34,821 nt of DNA. Source: Mariprofundales bacterium. GTDB lineage: Bacteria; Pseudomonadota; Zetaproteobacteria; Mariprofundales; S012-25. Positions 1 through 8,357 of this stretch are shown in pieces. The position numbers were made by a program, and so were the translations under genes. Position 1 is the first letter of the stretch. Each line of letters starts with the position of its first letter. The notes below the pieces were generated by a model. It made no database searches, was not told the origin of the DNA, and saw only the letters and a list, made by a program, of their open reading frames with translations. The stretch lies in assembly GCA_015487905.1 (NCBI GenBank), contig WFOX01000084.1, forward strand, positions 1-34,821, in the 5' to 3' direction.

Positions 1-687
1 CATTTCAAAGAGCACGCAGCCGAATGCGTATAGGTCGGTGGCGGGCTGCGGCCGCTCGCCGCGCACCTGCTCCGGCGGCGTGTAAAGAAACGCACCGAGC
101 GCCATGCCCGTTTGCGTAAGGTCGCGATCCTCTATGCCCTTGGCCAGGCCGAAATCCAAAAGCTTGAGCCCGCCCTCATCGGTGAGAAACACATTGGACG
201 GCTTGAGATCGCGATGGACAACGCCTTGGTCGTGCGCATAGCCGAGCGCATCCAGCACGCGCAGCCCCACCCAGACGGCCTCGGCAAGCGCAAGCTGCTT
301 GCGCGCATGCAAAAGCTCCTTGAGGGTGCAGCCGCGCAAAAGCTCCATCACAAGCCCGGGCGTTTTCGGATGGGAGAGCACATCCATCAGGCGCACGATG
401 CCGGGGTGCCGAAGACGCTTGAGCGTGTTCGCCTCGCGGGCGAAGCGCAAAAGCGCGCGTGCATCTTCAGCGCGCTTCATGAGCTTGACGGCGACGATGG
501 CATCATCCGCAAGGCGCCGCGCGCGATGCACGACCCCCATGCCGCCTGCCGCGATGCGCTCCAAGATTTCGTAGCCGCCCAGAATCGGTCCGTGGCCGTC
601 TTCGGAGAGCAATGCGCCGCACATGCCGCAAAAGAGCACATCGTCGCCGAAGACGGCGCCGCAAGCCGCGCAATGGCGCTCAGGCAT
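1..687 (-). CDS. Hanks-type Ser/Thr protein kinase with N-terminal zinc ribbon (C-terminus lies beyond the window start)
   Basis: The reverse-strand translation starts MPERHCAACGAVFGDDVLFCGMCG (a CxxC...CxxC ribbon). It continues with the Gly-rich loop AAGGMGVV, VAVK, the catalytic loop HRDLKPSNV, DFG and TPPE. The ATG at 685-687 shares its A with the TGA of the upstream gene. This ORF is not in the supplied track because it runs off the edge. Confidence 0.85.
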   Translation of the reverse strand, partial: MPERHCAACGAVFGDDVLFCGMCGALLSEDGHGPILGGYEILERIAAGGMGVVHRARRLADDAIVAVKLMKRAEDARALLRFAREANTLKRLRHPGIVRLMDVLSHPKTPGLVMELLRGCTLKELLHARKQLALAEAVWVGLRVLDALGYAHDQGVVHRDLKPSNVFLTDEGGLKLLDFGLAKGIEDRDLTQTGMALGAFLYTPPEQVRGERPQPATDLYAFGCVLFEM

Positions 688-1076
688 CAGGTTTCGTCGC
701 GCGCATGCACGGCCAAGGATGCGCCGCAGTGCGGGCATTCGCTCCAAACGGGAAGATCCGGCGCTCCTTCCATCTCTTTCGTGAAGTTGTTCCCGCACTT
801 CGGGCAAGTGCCGGCAAGCTCGCGCATGCGCGCGTGTTCTTTCCAGAAGCGCACGGCAAGCCAGATGCCGGCTGCAAAGAGCACAAACGGCGCCACGAAA
901 TGCACGATCGGGATTGCAATCGTGAGCGCCCCCAGCGTCCATGCGCCGAGCAGTGCGAGCACGGCGCGTTTGCGGCGCTCCCCCGCGGCGAAGCGATCCA
1001 CGATCAGCGTGCCTTCGCTGTGCGCGCCGCTTAGCTCATGCAAGAGCTTCACAGGCATTTGCGTGCGTTCAGGCAT
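687..1076 (-). CDS. Small membrane protein (about 2 TM helices) with C-terminal zinc ribbon
   Basis: This is the internal ATG of track ORF 687..1265, giving MPERTQMPVKLL.... It has a hydrophobic stretch AVLALLGAWTLGALTIAIPIVHFVAPFVLFAAGIWLAV followed by CPKCG...CPHCG. The start overlaps the stop of the upstream Fe-S gene, and the stop overlaps the kinase start. Confidence 0.6.
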   Translation of the reverse strand: MPERTQMPVKLLHELSGAHSEGTLIVDRFAAGERRKRAVLALLGAWTLGALTIAIPIVHFVAPFVLFAAGIWLAVRFWKEHARMRELAGTCPKCGNNFTKEMEGAPDLPVWSECPHCGASLAVHARDET

Positions 1077-2046
1077 GGCGGGCCTCCTCGCTTTCGGCAA
1101 TGGAGATGCGCAATGGCACGCTTGTGCCCTGCGCGAGCACGGGCCATTGCACGCCTGGTGTGCGCTCCATCGCGCCTTCGGGGCATGCGCGCACGCATGC
1201 ATCGCAGCCCACGCAGTTTGCGGGCTTTTGCACGAGCAAGGTGTGTCCCTCGCGCATGAGCGCAAGCGCGTGGGTCGGGCAGGCTTCTACGCAAGCGCCG
1301 CAAAGCGTGCAATGCTCGCGCGCCACAAGCCCCCCAAACGGCCACCAAAGGTCGCTTTCCACGGTGCCGTAGCTTGCGCCGAGCCGGCGAAGCGCGCGCA
1401 CGACGGCCTCGCGCTCGGATGCAGGCGCCGGGCGCTCGGCGGTGGCGGCGGCCTCCGCAGCGGCGCGCACGAACGCGAAAAGCCCCGTGCGCAAAAAGGC
1501 GCGCCGTGCGGCGATGGAGGGATCGGCCTCCCTAGGCGCGGAGGCGTGGTCTTCTACAAGCTCGGGAAGCGGGCGCGCAAGGCGCCGTTGCCATGCGCGG
1601 GCGCGCGCTTGCACCTCTTGCCAATGGCGCGCGCCGTGCTTGTGCGGGCATGTGGCGCAAAGCCTTGTGCCGTGCACGACGATCCGCCGCACGCCGAGCG
1701 CGGCGAGCACGAGCAGCCACATGGGACGAAACAGCCCCAAGCAAGGGAGCACGAATCCTTCACCTGCGGCACGCGCGCAGCGAAGCGCAAAGACGGGTTT
1801 GCCCGCTGCGGCCTTGGCAAGGCGCGCGAACCATTGCTTGCCGCTCGTATCGGCAAGCGCCCAAGCCTCGGTGGGGCACGCGGCCACGCAGCGCCCGCAG
1901 CCCGTGCATGCGTCCGGATTGAGCGCTGGCACGCCGCCTTCGCGGATGGAGATCGCTTCTTCCGGGCAAGCTTGCGCGCAGCGCCGACATGCAAACGGCG
2001 CCTTTGCGTTCAAGCACTGCGAAGCATCAAGCGTGGGCGTCTTCAT
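1069..2046 (-). CDS. 4Fe-4S dicluster (ferredoxin-type) protein with two Fe-S modules flanking a Cys-containing central region
   Basis: There are four cluster motifs: C..ACRRCAQACP, CTGCGRCVAACP, CTLCGACVEACP and CVGCDACVRACP. An internal RRAFLRTG motif resembles the NapF-type pseudo-Tat motif. The start is taken at ATG 2044-2046 (MKTPTLDASQC); the track start at 2082 is an alternative. Confidence 0.8.
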   Translation of the reverse strand: MKTPTLDASQCLNAKAPFACRRCAQACPEEAISIREGGVPALNPDACTGCGRCVAACPTEAWALADTSGKQWFARLAKAAAGKPVFALRCARAAGEGFVLPCLGLFRPMWLLVLAALGVRRIVVHGTRLCATCPHKHGARHWQEVQARARAWQRRLARPLPELVEDHASAPREADPSIAARRAFLRTGLFAFVRAAAEAAATAERPAPASEREAVVRALRRLGASYGTVESDLWWPFGGLVAREHCTLCGACVEACPTHALALMREGHTLLVQKPANCVGCDACVRACPEGAMERTPGVQWPVLAQGTSVPLRISIAESEEARHA

Positions 2047-2130
2047 AACGAAAGCATGCCGCCGAGGACGGGGAGTAGGCAACCGTCACGCGGTTGTCTT
2101 CTCCTTCATCGCGCTTACGATGAGCAAGCA

Positions 2131-2865
2131 ATGGATGTCGTTTGGACGAACGAAGCGCCGCCTTGTGCAGAACCCGTCGTGCTGGACGCCTTTCGCAAGG
2201 TGGAAGGCGAGGTCTTTTATTGGCGCGCACGCGCCGCGCGCATGGCACAGGCGCTTGCGCATTTGGGGGCGGCGCTGGATACCGAAGCGATTATGCAGAC
2301 CTATGCAGCGCTCACCGCGCGCATGCAGGAAGGCGTGCGCGTGCGCATTTCGGCCTGGCTTGCAGAGGGCAAGGTGCATTTGCAAGCAAGGCAGGCCCCT
2401 TCGCCATTGCCGCATAGGCCGCGGCTTGTCGTGCGCGCTTGGCCCTTTGCGCCGCCGCCTTTGCCTGCCAAGTTCGCGCATCATTACGCGCTGATGCGGC
2501 TTGCGTGGGCCAAGGCGCCGCCGCGCAGAGATGAAGTCGTCGTGTGGAGCTGGCAAGGGCGCGTGCTTTCGGCGGCGTGGGGCAATCTCTTCGTCTATCA
2601 TCAGGGGCGCTGGCTTACGCCGCCCGTGCAAGCGGGCGTGCTGGACGGCGTCGTGCGCCGCGCGCTCGTGGCGGCTGGCGCCGCACGCGAGGAGGAGGTG
2701 TCCGAGGCGATGCTCCGGCGGGCCGAGGCGATCGCGATCACAAACGGCGGCGTCTTCGTGCGCGCGGCGGCGGCATTGGAAGGACGCGCGCTTGCGAAGG
2801 CGCCTGTGGCGGAGCTTGCAAAGGCGTTGGTAGGCGAGCCGGGATGGCCGAAGGCAGACGCATGA
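2131..2865 (+). CDS. pabC: Aminodeoxychorismate lyase / class IV aminotransferase-fold protein
   Basis: The C-terminal part of track ORF 112..2865 from MDVVWTNE. It carries a class-IV-like GVLDGVVRR motif. It sits directly upstream of mltG with an ATGA overlap, matching the conserved pabC-mltG-tmk-holB order. Confidence 0.65.
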   Translation: MDVVWTNEAPPCAEPVVLDAFRKVEGEVFYWRARAARMAQALAHLGAALDTEAIMQTYAALTARMQEGVRVRISAWLAEGKVHLQARQAPSPLPHRPRLVVRAWPFAPPPLPAKFAHHYALMRLAWAKAPPRRDEVVVWSWQGRVLSAAWGNLFVYHQGRWLTPPVQAGVLDGVVRRALVAAGAAREEEVSEAMLRRAEAIAITNGGVFVRAAAALEGRALAKAPVAELAKALVGEPGWPKADA

Positions 2866-3836
2866 ACCCAAGGCGCCTTGCGGCGTGGGTGTTTGTGCTC
2901 GCCGCGCTTGGCTGGGTGGTGTGGATCGCGTTTTGGCCGCGGGAGATTGCGCCCCCGCGCACGCTTATGCTTCCGAAAGGGGCGGATGCCCATGCGATCG
3001 GCAGGATGCTTGCGCATGCGGGGGTGGTGCCAAGCGCCGCAGGCTTCGTCTGGACGGCGCGCATGTTTGGTCTGGCCGAGCACTTGCAGGCGGGCGAATA
3101 CCGCTTTGCGGGGCGGATGAGCACCTTGGATGTGGCGCGCAAGATCGCCCAAGGCAAGGTGGTGCTGCATCGCATCACGATCCCCGAGGGGCTTACGACC
3201 GCCGAGATGCTGCGGCTTTTGGCCGCCAAAACCGGTATTTCGCTTGCCCGCTGGCAAGCGGCGCTCAAGGCGCTTTTCCCGCACGAAGACCCCGAAGGAA
3301 GGTTTTTGCCGGAGACATATACCTATGCGCGCCCGCTGGATCCCAAGCATCTGCTCGCCACGATGGCGCATGCGCAGGATGCGCTGTTGGATCGCCTGGT
3401 GGGCGCGGATGCCAAGCGGCGGCGCGTCGTGCGCATCGTTGCCTCCATCGTGGAGAAGGAAACGGCGCTTGCCCGCGAGCGACCTATCGTGGCGAGCGTC
3501 ATCTACAATCGGTTGGCGCGCGGCATGCGCCTGGAGATGGATCCCACCGTGATTTACGGCATCATCCGCACGCGCGGGCGCTTTGATGGGAATCTGCGCC
3601 GCCGCGATCTTACAACGGATACGCCTTGGAACACCTACACGCGCAAGGGCCTTCCGCCCACGCCGATTTGCAATCCCGGGCGCGCGTCGCTTAGGGCCGC
3701 GGCCCATCCCGCGCACACGGATTACCTGTATTTCGTCGCCAACGGCACGGGCGGGCATGCATTTGCGCGCACCTATGAGGAGCATGAGCGCAATGTGCGA
3801 CGCTGGATTGCGATTGAACGCGCGCGGCGCAGATGA
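2862..3836 (+). CDS. mltG: Endolytic peptidoglycan transglycosylase MltG (YceG family)
   Basis: N-terminal TM segment LAAWVFVLAALGWVVWIAFW. YceG motifs EGRFLPETY, ASIVEKE, DPTVIYG and NTYTRKGLPPTPICNPG are present. The ATG at 2862 overlaps the pabC stop. Confidence 0.9.
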   Translation: MNPRRLAAWVFVLAALGWVVWIAFWPREIAPPRTLMLPKGADAHAIGRMLAHAGVVPSAAGFVWTARMFGLAEHLQAGEYRFAGRMSTLDVARKIAQGKVVLHRITIPEGLTTAEMLRLLAAKTGISLARWQAALKALFPHEDPEGRFLPETYTYARPLDPKHLLATMAHAQDALLDRLVGADAKRRRVVRIVASIVEKETALARERPIVASVIYNRLARGMRLEMDPTVIYGIIRTRGRFDGNLRRRDLTTDTPWNTYTRKGLPPTPICNPGRASLRAAAHPAHTDYLYFVANGTGGHAFARTYEEHERNVRRWIAIERARRR

Positions 3837-4068
3837 GGTCTGGATCGTGCGCGTGCATGTGCGGCCGGAGAAGATGACCCTGTTTCAAGCCCTCGTGCAG
3901 GCCGAGGAGGGCTTGGGCGTGGTGCGCTGCCGCGATCCAGAAAAGCGCCTGCAAGAGATATGGACCACGGCCGCAATGCGCAAGGAGCTTTTGGCCCTGC
4001 TTGCAGGGCTTCCCAAGGCGCTTGCGGTGCAAGTCGTGGAGGTCGTGCCGTGGCGCCCCGGGCTTTAA
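3793..4068 (+). CDS. Small DUF4911-like protein
   Basis: The tail of track ORF 3583..4068. VWIVRVHVRPEKMTLFQALVQAEEGLGVVRCRDPEKRLQEIWTTAAMRKELLALLAGL matches my recollection of the DUF4911 pattern. It fills what would otherwise be a 213-nt gap in a gap-free region. The start is uncertain: ATG 3793, or GTG 3847 preceded by GAGG. Confidence 0.5.
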   Translation: MCDAGLRLNARGADEVWIVRVHVRPEKMTLFQALVQAEEGLGVVRCRDPEKRLQEIWTTAAMRKELLALLAGLPKALAVQVVEVVPWRPGL

Positions 4069-4670
4069 AACCCCGTTTCGTCGTGTTTGAAGGCATAGAC
4101 GGCGCGGGCAAATCCACGCAGCTTGCCAAGGCCGCGGCATGGCTGCGTGCGCGCGGACGAGAAGTGATCACGACGCATGAGCCGGGCGGCTCCTCCATCG
4201 GTTCTGCGCTGCGCGAGCTTATCTTCGCGCATGAGCTTGCCCCGGAGGCTGAGCTTTTGCTGTTCTTGGCCGAGCGCGCGGCCCATGTGCGCGAGGTGAT
4301 CGCGCCTGCGCTTGCGCGCGGCGCATGGGTGCTTTGCGATCGCTTTACGGATTCCACGCGCGCTTACCAAGTCGCAGGCCGCGGCCTTGCCGTGCCTGAA
4401 GATGTGCTTGCGTTTGCCGAGTGCGGTGTGCGGCCTGATCTCGTGGTGTGGCTGGATGTGCCGCTTGCGGCGGCACGGGCGCGCATGCAAGGCCGCAGCA
4501 ATCCGAGCCGTTTTGACACCTTGGATGAAGCGTTTTTCGCGCGCGTGCGCAGCGCCTATGCCGAGCTTGTGGCGCGCGACGCCCAGCGCTATCGCCGCAT
4601 TGACGCCGCAGGCCCGCCCGATGCGGTGTTTGCGCATGTGCGCGCGTTGCTGGAGGAGTTGGGGGCATGA
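4050..4670 (+). CDS. tmk: Thymidylate kinase
   Basis: P-loop FEGIDGAGKST, then DRFTDSTRAYQ. A GTG start at 4050 gives MAPRALKPRFVVFEG. The upstream part of track ORF 3960.. looks non-coding in this frame. Confidence 0.9.
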   Translation: MAPRALKPRFVVFEGIDGAGKSTQLAKAAAWLRARGREVITTHEPGGSSIGSALRELIFAHELAPEAELLLFLAERAAHVREVIAPALARGAWVLCDRFTDSTRAYQVAGRGLAVPEDVLAFAECGVRPDLVVWLDVPLAAARARMQGRSNPSRFDTLDEAFFARVRSAYAELVARDAQRYRRIDAAGPPDAVFAHVRALLEELGA

Positions 4671-5560
4671 TGCACGCGCACATCTTGGCGCGCTTTCGCG
4701 CCGCGCTTGCCGGGCCGCGCATGCCGCATGCTTGGCTGCTTGCAGGTCTTGCAGGCATCGGTAAGCGGCTGCTTTTGGAGCAAATGGCCCAGCATGCGCT
4801 TTGCGAAGAGGCGCGCGCCTGCGGCCGCTGCCGCGCCTGCCGCATGTTTGCGGCCGGCACGCATCCCGATTGCGTGCTGCTTGTGCGCGCCGAAGGCGCG
4901 CGCGATGTGCGCGTGGATCAGGTGCGCGAGGCGTTGGCTTTGCTTGCGCTTGCGCCCGCGCAAGCGATGCGGCGCGTGCTGCTCGTGCCCGAGGCGGAGG
5001 CGATGAATCCGCAGGCCGCCAACGCCTTGCTCAAAACCTTGGAGGAGCCGCCTGCGCAAGCGCTCGTGCTATTGGCCGCCTCGGATCCTTTGCGCCTTCC
5101 GGCCACGATCCGCTCGCGCTGCGTGCTTGTGCCCGTGCCGCCGCCTTCGCAGCAAGAAGCGCGCGCATTTTTTGTGCAGCAGGGCGTGCCCGCAGAAGAG
5201 GCCGCGCAGCTTGCGGCTGAGGTGCCGGCAAGGCCCTTGCTCGCGTTGGAAGCGCGCGGCTGGAGCAAAGAGCTTGCCGCATGGACGCGGTTGTGCGCAG
5301 AACCCGCCAACGCCGATCTTGGTGCCGCCGAGGATTGGTGCCGCCGCTATGCGGCCAAGGTGCCCGCGGCCTTCATCGCGCGCGCGGCGTTGCGCCCTTG
5401 GCTGGCATGCAAGGCGATTTCCCCTTCCGTGGCCGATGCGCTTTGGGGGCTGCTGCGCTGGCCGGAGGAGATGCGGCGCTTTTCGCTGCGGCCGGCCTTT
5501 AGCCTCTTTGCGCGCTGGCTTGCGTTGCGCATGGCGGTGCGCGCCGCGCAAAGGCCCTAA
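4667..5560 (+). CDS. holB: DNA polymerase III delta-prime subunit
   Basis: Motifs GLAGIGKR, a Zn module CGRCRAC, NALLKTLEEPP and TIRSRC. ATGA overlap with tmk. Confidence 0.85.
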   Translation: MMHAHILARFRAALAGPRMPHAWLLAGLAGIGKRLLLEQMAQHALCEEARACGRCRACRMFAAGTHPDCVLLVRAEGARDVRVDQVREALALLALAPAQAMRRVLLVPEAEAMNPQAANALLKTLEEPPAQALVLLAASDPLRLPATIRSRCVLVPVPPPSQQEARAFFVQQGVPAEEAAQLAAEVPARPLLALEARGWSKELAAWTRLCAEPANADLGAAEDWCRRYAAKVPAAFIARAALRPWLACKAISPSVADALWGLLRWPEEMRRFSLRPAFSLFARWLALRMAVRAAQRP

Positions 5561-5637
5561 GCGGTTGCAGGAACGCGCGCAGATTGCCATCGTTGCCGTC
5601 GGCTTTTGCATGCAATCCCAAGCCGAGGAGTCGGGTT

Positions 5638-6576
5638 TTGCAGGGGATTCTTGAGTGCATCGGCAACACGCCGCTCGTGGAGCTGCGGCGGATTCCCAAG
5701 CGTTTCGCCCCGCGCGTGAAGATCCTTGCGAAGCTGGAGCGTTTCAATCCGGGTGGCTCGGTCAAGGATCGGCCTGCGTGGTGGATGATCAAAGACGGTC
5801 TTGCGCGCGGGGAGCTTACGCCTGAGAAGACGATTTTGGACTCCACCAGCGGCAACACGGGCATTGCGCTTGCGATGATCGGCGCAGCGCTCGGTTATCG
5901 TGTGAAGCTCGTCATGCCCGGCAATGTGTCGGACGAGCGCAAGCGCATTTGCCGCGCGTTTGGCGCGGAGCTTGTGTTTTCTGATCCCTTGGAAGGCTCA
6001 GACGGGGCGATCCTTTTGTGCCGCCAGATCTATCAAGAGGCGCCGGCGCGCTACTTCAAGCCCGATCAATACAACAACCCGATGAACCCCAAGGCGCATG
6101 AGGAAACCACCGGCCCCGAGATTTGGCGGGATACAAGCGGCGAGATCACGCACTTCGTCGCCGCGCTGGGCACAACGGGGACGCTCGTGGGCACCTCGCG
6201 CTTTCTCAAGCGCAAAAACCCCAAGATTCGCGTCGTCGCGGCCGAGCCGGATTCCCCCTTTCACGGCATTGAGGGGCTCAAGCACATTGAATCCAGCATT
6301 CGGCCTGGGATTTACGATCCCACCGCCCACGACGAGGTGATCGGCATCTCCACGGAAGAGGCCTATGCTTGGACGCAGCGGCTTGCGGCCGAAGAGGGGA
6401 TTTTGGCGGGGCAATCTTCGGGCTGTGCGCTTGCAGCGGCCATGCGCATAGCCGAGCGCGCCGCCGAAGCAGGGGAAGAGGCCATCATCGTCGTGATCTT
6501 TCCGGACGGCGGCGAGAAGTATCTCACCACTCCCGTGTTCGCCTCAGGCCGCGTGCGCTTTGCCGAGGGGATCTAG
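5638..6576 (+). CDS. cysM: PLP-dependent cysteine synthase (CysM-like)
   Basis: Motifs IGNTPLVEL, NPGGSVKDR and STSGNTGIALAMI. A TTG start at 5638 is preceded by GAGGAG at 5624-5629. The track start at 5584 (TTG) is an alternative. Confidence 0.8.
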   Translation: MQGILECIGNTPLVELRRIPKRFAPRVKILAKLERFNPGGSVKDRPAWWMIKDGLARGELTPEKTILDSTSGNTGIALAMIGAALGYRVKLVMPGNVSDERKRICRAFGAELVFSDPLEGSDGAILLCRQIYQEAPARYFKPDQYNNPMNPKAHEETTGPEIWRDTSGEITHFVAALGTTGTLVGTSRFLKRKNPKIRVVAAEPDSPFHGIEGLKHIESSIRPGIYDPTAHDEVIGISTEEAYAWTQRLAAEEGILAGQSSGCALAAAMRIAERAAEAGEEAIIVVIFPDGGEKYLTTPVFASGRVRFAEGI

Positions 6577-7571
6577 CGGGTTTTTGCGGCTTCCGCGAGG
6601 GCCACGGTAAGATCAGGGCCGCGGTCGCGGCGCTGAAGGTTGATCCATACCTCATGGCCGACGACGAGCACGCCCGTGATCTCGGCCTTGGGATGGCGCG
6701 CCACCTCCAGAATCCTTGTTCCCGTCCAAGCAAGCAGTCGCGAGGGCGTGGAATCGTCCGTGATCCAAAGCCAATGGCGGGAGGCGTCCCAAGCGAGGTT
6801 GTCGGGATGGCCGAGCTGGGGCGAGGCAAGCCACACATTCACTTTGGGACGGTTGCCGCGGTCATCCAGCACGAGCACGCGCGCGCGCAAGGTTTCGGCC
6901 ATCGCGATGCGGCCATCTGGCAGCGTTTCCATGTCCTCAATGCGCGCAAATGTGCGGCAGCCGAGTCTTTGCCCTTCGGCGCGCGCATCCTCAGGATGCC
7001 GCACGCGCAGCCAGCCGCCCTTGGCGAGCACGAAGAGCGCGTGCGTGCGAAGCTCCAAGCGATACAGGCATCCCTTGGGGTGCTCATCGGCAAGATAGGC
7101 AAAGCGCGCGTCCTTGGAAAAGGCGATCCCTTCGTGCGCAAAGCGCCCGGCCGGGAAAAAGGGCGCGATCGCATCGTGGGAGACTTCCAAGTGCGCGCGT
7201 TCCACGCGCTGCTCAGCCGGAAGCTGATCAGGTTCGGCGATGCGCCAGATGAGGCCCTGATCGGCCTCCTCGCCGATCCAAAGGCTGCCATCAGGCGCGA
7301 ACTTAAGGCCATCGGCGCGGTGCAGGCCATAAAGGAGGATCGCATGGCCGCGCGCGTGCGGCCGGAAGGCGCCAAGCGAGGGCGAAGAGATGCTGGCGGG
7401 GTTTTCCAGCGTCACATAGGCCCAACGGCTTCCGGGCCGGTAGGCGATCATGTCAGGCCGCATGTGCCGCCAAACGGCAAGCGAATGCGCTTGCCATCCC
7501 GGGGCGAGCACAAGCCCGCTTGGGTTGAGCGCGCACGAGACAAGCAACAGCGCTGCAAGTGCAAGCGGCAT
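6573..7571 (-). CDS. Predicted lipoprotein, beta-propeller-like (weak PhoX/DUF839-like or SMP-30-like flavour)
   Basis: Signal peptide with lipobox MPLALAALLLVSC. Repeated blade-like segments: GLKFAPDGSLWIGEE, HEGIAFSKDARFAYLADE, METLPDGRIAMAE and HPDNLAWDASRHWLWITDD. The function is not established. Confidence 0.6.
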   Translation of the reverse strand: MPLALAALLLVSCALNPSGLVLAPGWQAHSLAVWRHMRPDMIAYRPGSRWAYVTLENPASISSPSLGAFRPHARGHAILLYGLHRADGLKFAPDGSLWIGEEADQGLIWRIAEPDQLPAEQRVERAHLEVSHDAIAPFFPAGRFAHEGIAFSKDARFAYLADEHPKGCLYRLELRTHALFVLAKGGWLRVRHPEDARAEGQRLGCRTFARIEDMETLPDGRIAMAETLRARVLVLDDRGNRPKVNVWLASPQLGHPDNLAWDASRHWLWITDDSTPSRLLAWTGTRILEVARHPKAEITGVLVVGHEVWINLQRRDRGPDLTVALAEAAKTR

Positions 7572-7667
7572 GCGCGGGATGGTGGCGCGCGCTCAAGGTG
7601 GGTGCAACGAGGTGTGTGCTTGCCTGTGCGCAGGTGTCGGCGCAGGCTTGCTCGCGTGGCGGGGCAT

Positions 7668-8357
7668 GTGCATGCAGAGGAAGTCGCGCGCTTTGATGCG
7701 CTTGCGGCGCGCTGGTGGGATCCCGAAGGGCCGTTTTGGCCCTTGCATCGGCTCAATCCGTTGCGCCTTGCCTACATTCAAGAGCACGCAGGCGCGCTTG
7801 CAGGCAAAAATGTGCTGGATCTGGGCTGCGGCGGCGGGATCCTTGCCGAGGCGCTTGCGCGCGAGGGCGCCCATGTGGAAGGCATAGACGCATCCGCGCG
7901 CGCCATCGCCGTGGCCCGCGCCCATGCCGAAGAGCAAGGCCTTTTGATCCGCTATGAGCAAACCGATCCCATCTCCTTCGCCCAAGGCCGCAAACGCGCC
8001 TACGATCTCATCGTTTGCATGGAGCTTTTGGAGCATGTGCCCGATCCCGCTGCTGTGGTGGCGGCCGCAGCCCGGATGCTGAAGCCAGGCGGCCTGTTCG
8101 TGTTTTCCACGATCAACCGCACGCCCAAGGCCTTTCTCTTCGCGATCGTCGGCGCCGAATACATCCTCGGTTGGCTGCCGCGCGGCACGCATCGCTATGA
8201 AAAGCTCGTGCGCCCCTCTGAAGTCGCACTCGCCTGCCGGCATGCGGGCCTGCGGCTTGTGGATCTGCGCGGGCTTTGCGTGAACCCCATCACGCGCACA
8301 TTCCGCTTTTGCGACGATCTTTCCGTCAATTACTTCGGCTGCGCGCGGGCCTGTTAG
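7668..8357 (+). CDS. ubiG: Ubiquinone biosynthesis O-methyltransferase
   Basis: The tail of track ORF 6369..8357: HAEEVARFDALAARWWDPEGPFWPLHRLNPLR. It has the SAM motif VLDLGCGGGILAE and CMELLEHVPDP. The GTG start at 7668 is a best guess. Confidence 0.85.
   Translation: MHAEEVARFDALAARWWDPEGPFWPLHRLNPLRLAYIQEHAGALAGKNVLDLGCGGGILAEALAREGAHVEGIDASARAIAVARAHAEEQGLLIRYEQTDPISFAQGRKRAYDLIVCMELLEHVPDPAAVVAAAARMLKPGGLFVFSTINRTPKAFLFAIVGAEYILGWLPRGTHRYEKLVRPSEVALACRHAGLRLVDLRGLCVNPITRTFRFCDDLSVNYFGCARAC

Noticed and set aside
1450-1475. The RRAFLRTG motif in the Fe-S protein, considered as a Tat export signal.
   Set aside because: It lies about 190 residues into the protein and is not followed by a signal-peptide-like h-region and cleavage site. 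It more likely marks a NapF-like domain boundary than an export signal.
112-2865. A 917-aa plus-strand ORF spanning the left 2.7 kb.
   Set aside because: Only its last 244 codons (pabC) look like protein. The rest is Arg/Ala-rich low-complexity sequence lying antisense to three minus-strand genes with clear kinase, zinc-ribbon and Fe-S motifs. It is a typical GC-rich shadow ORF.
6369-7667. The upstream two-thirds of the 662-aa plus-strand ORF that ends as ubiG.
   Set aside because: The translation is Arg/Gly-rich with no motifs. The opposite strand encodes a coherent lipoprotein. The UbiG homology only begins near 7668.
8309-8357. The 49-nt overlap between the ubiG end and the proposed lptD start, considered as a sign of mis-annotation or frameshift.
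   Set aside because: The TTG start at 8309 yields a textbook signal peptide ending AQA. Later in-frame starts would truncate it. The overlap is plausible in this compact genome, but the start remains unverified.
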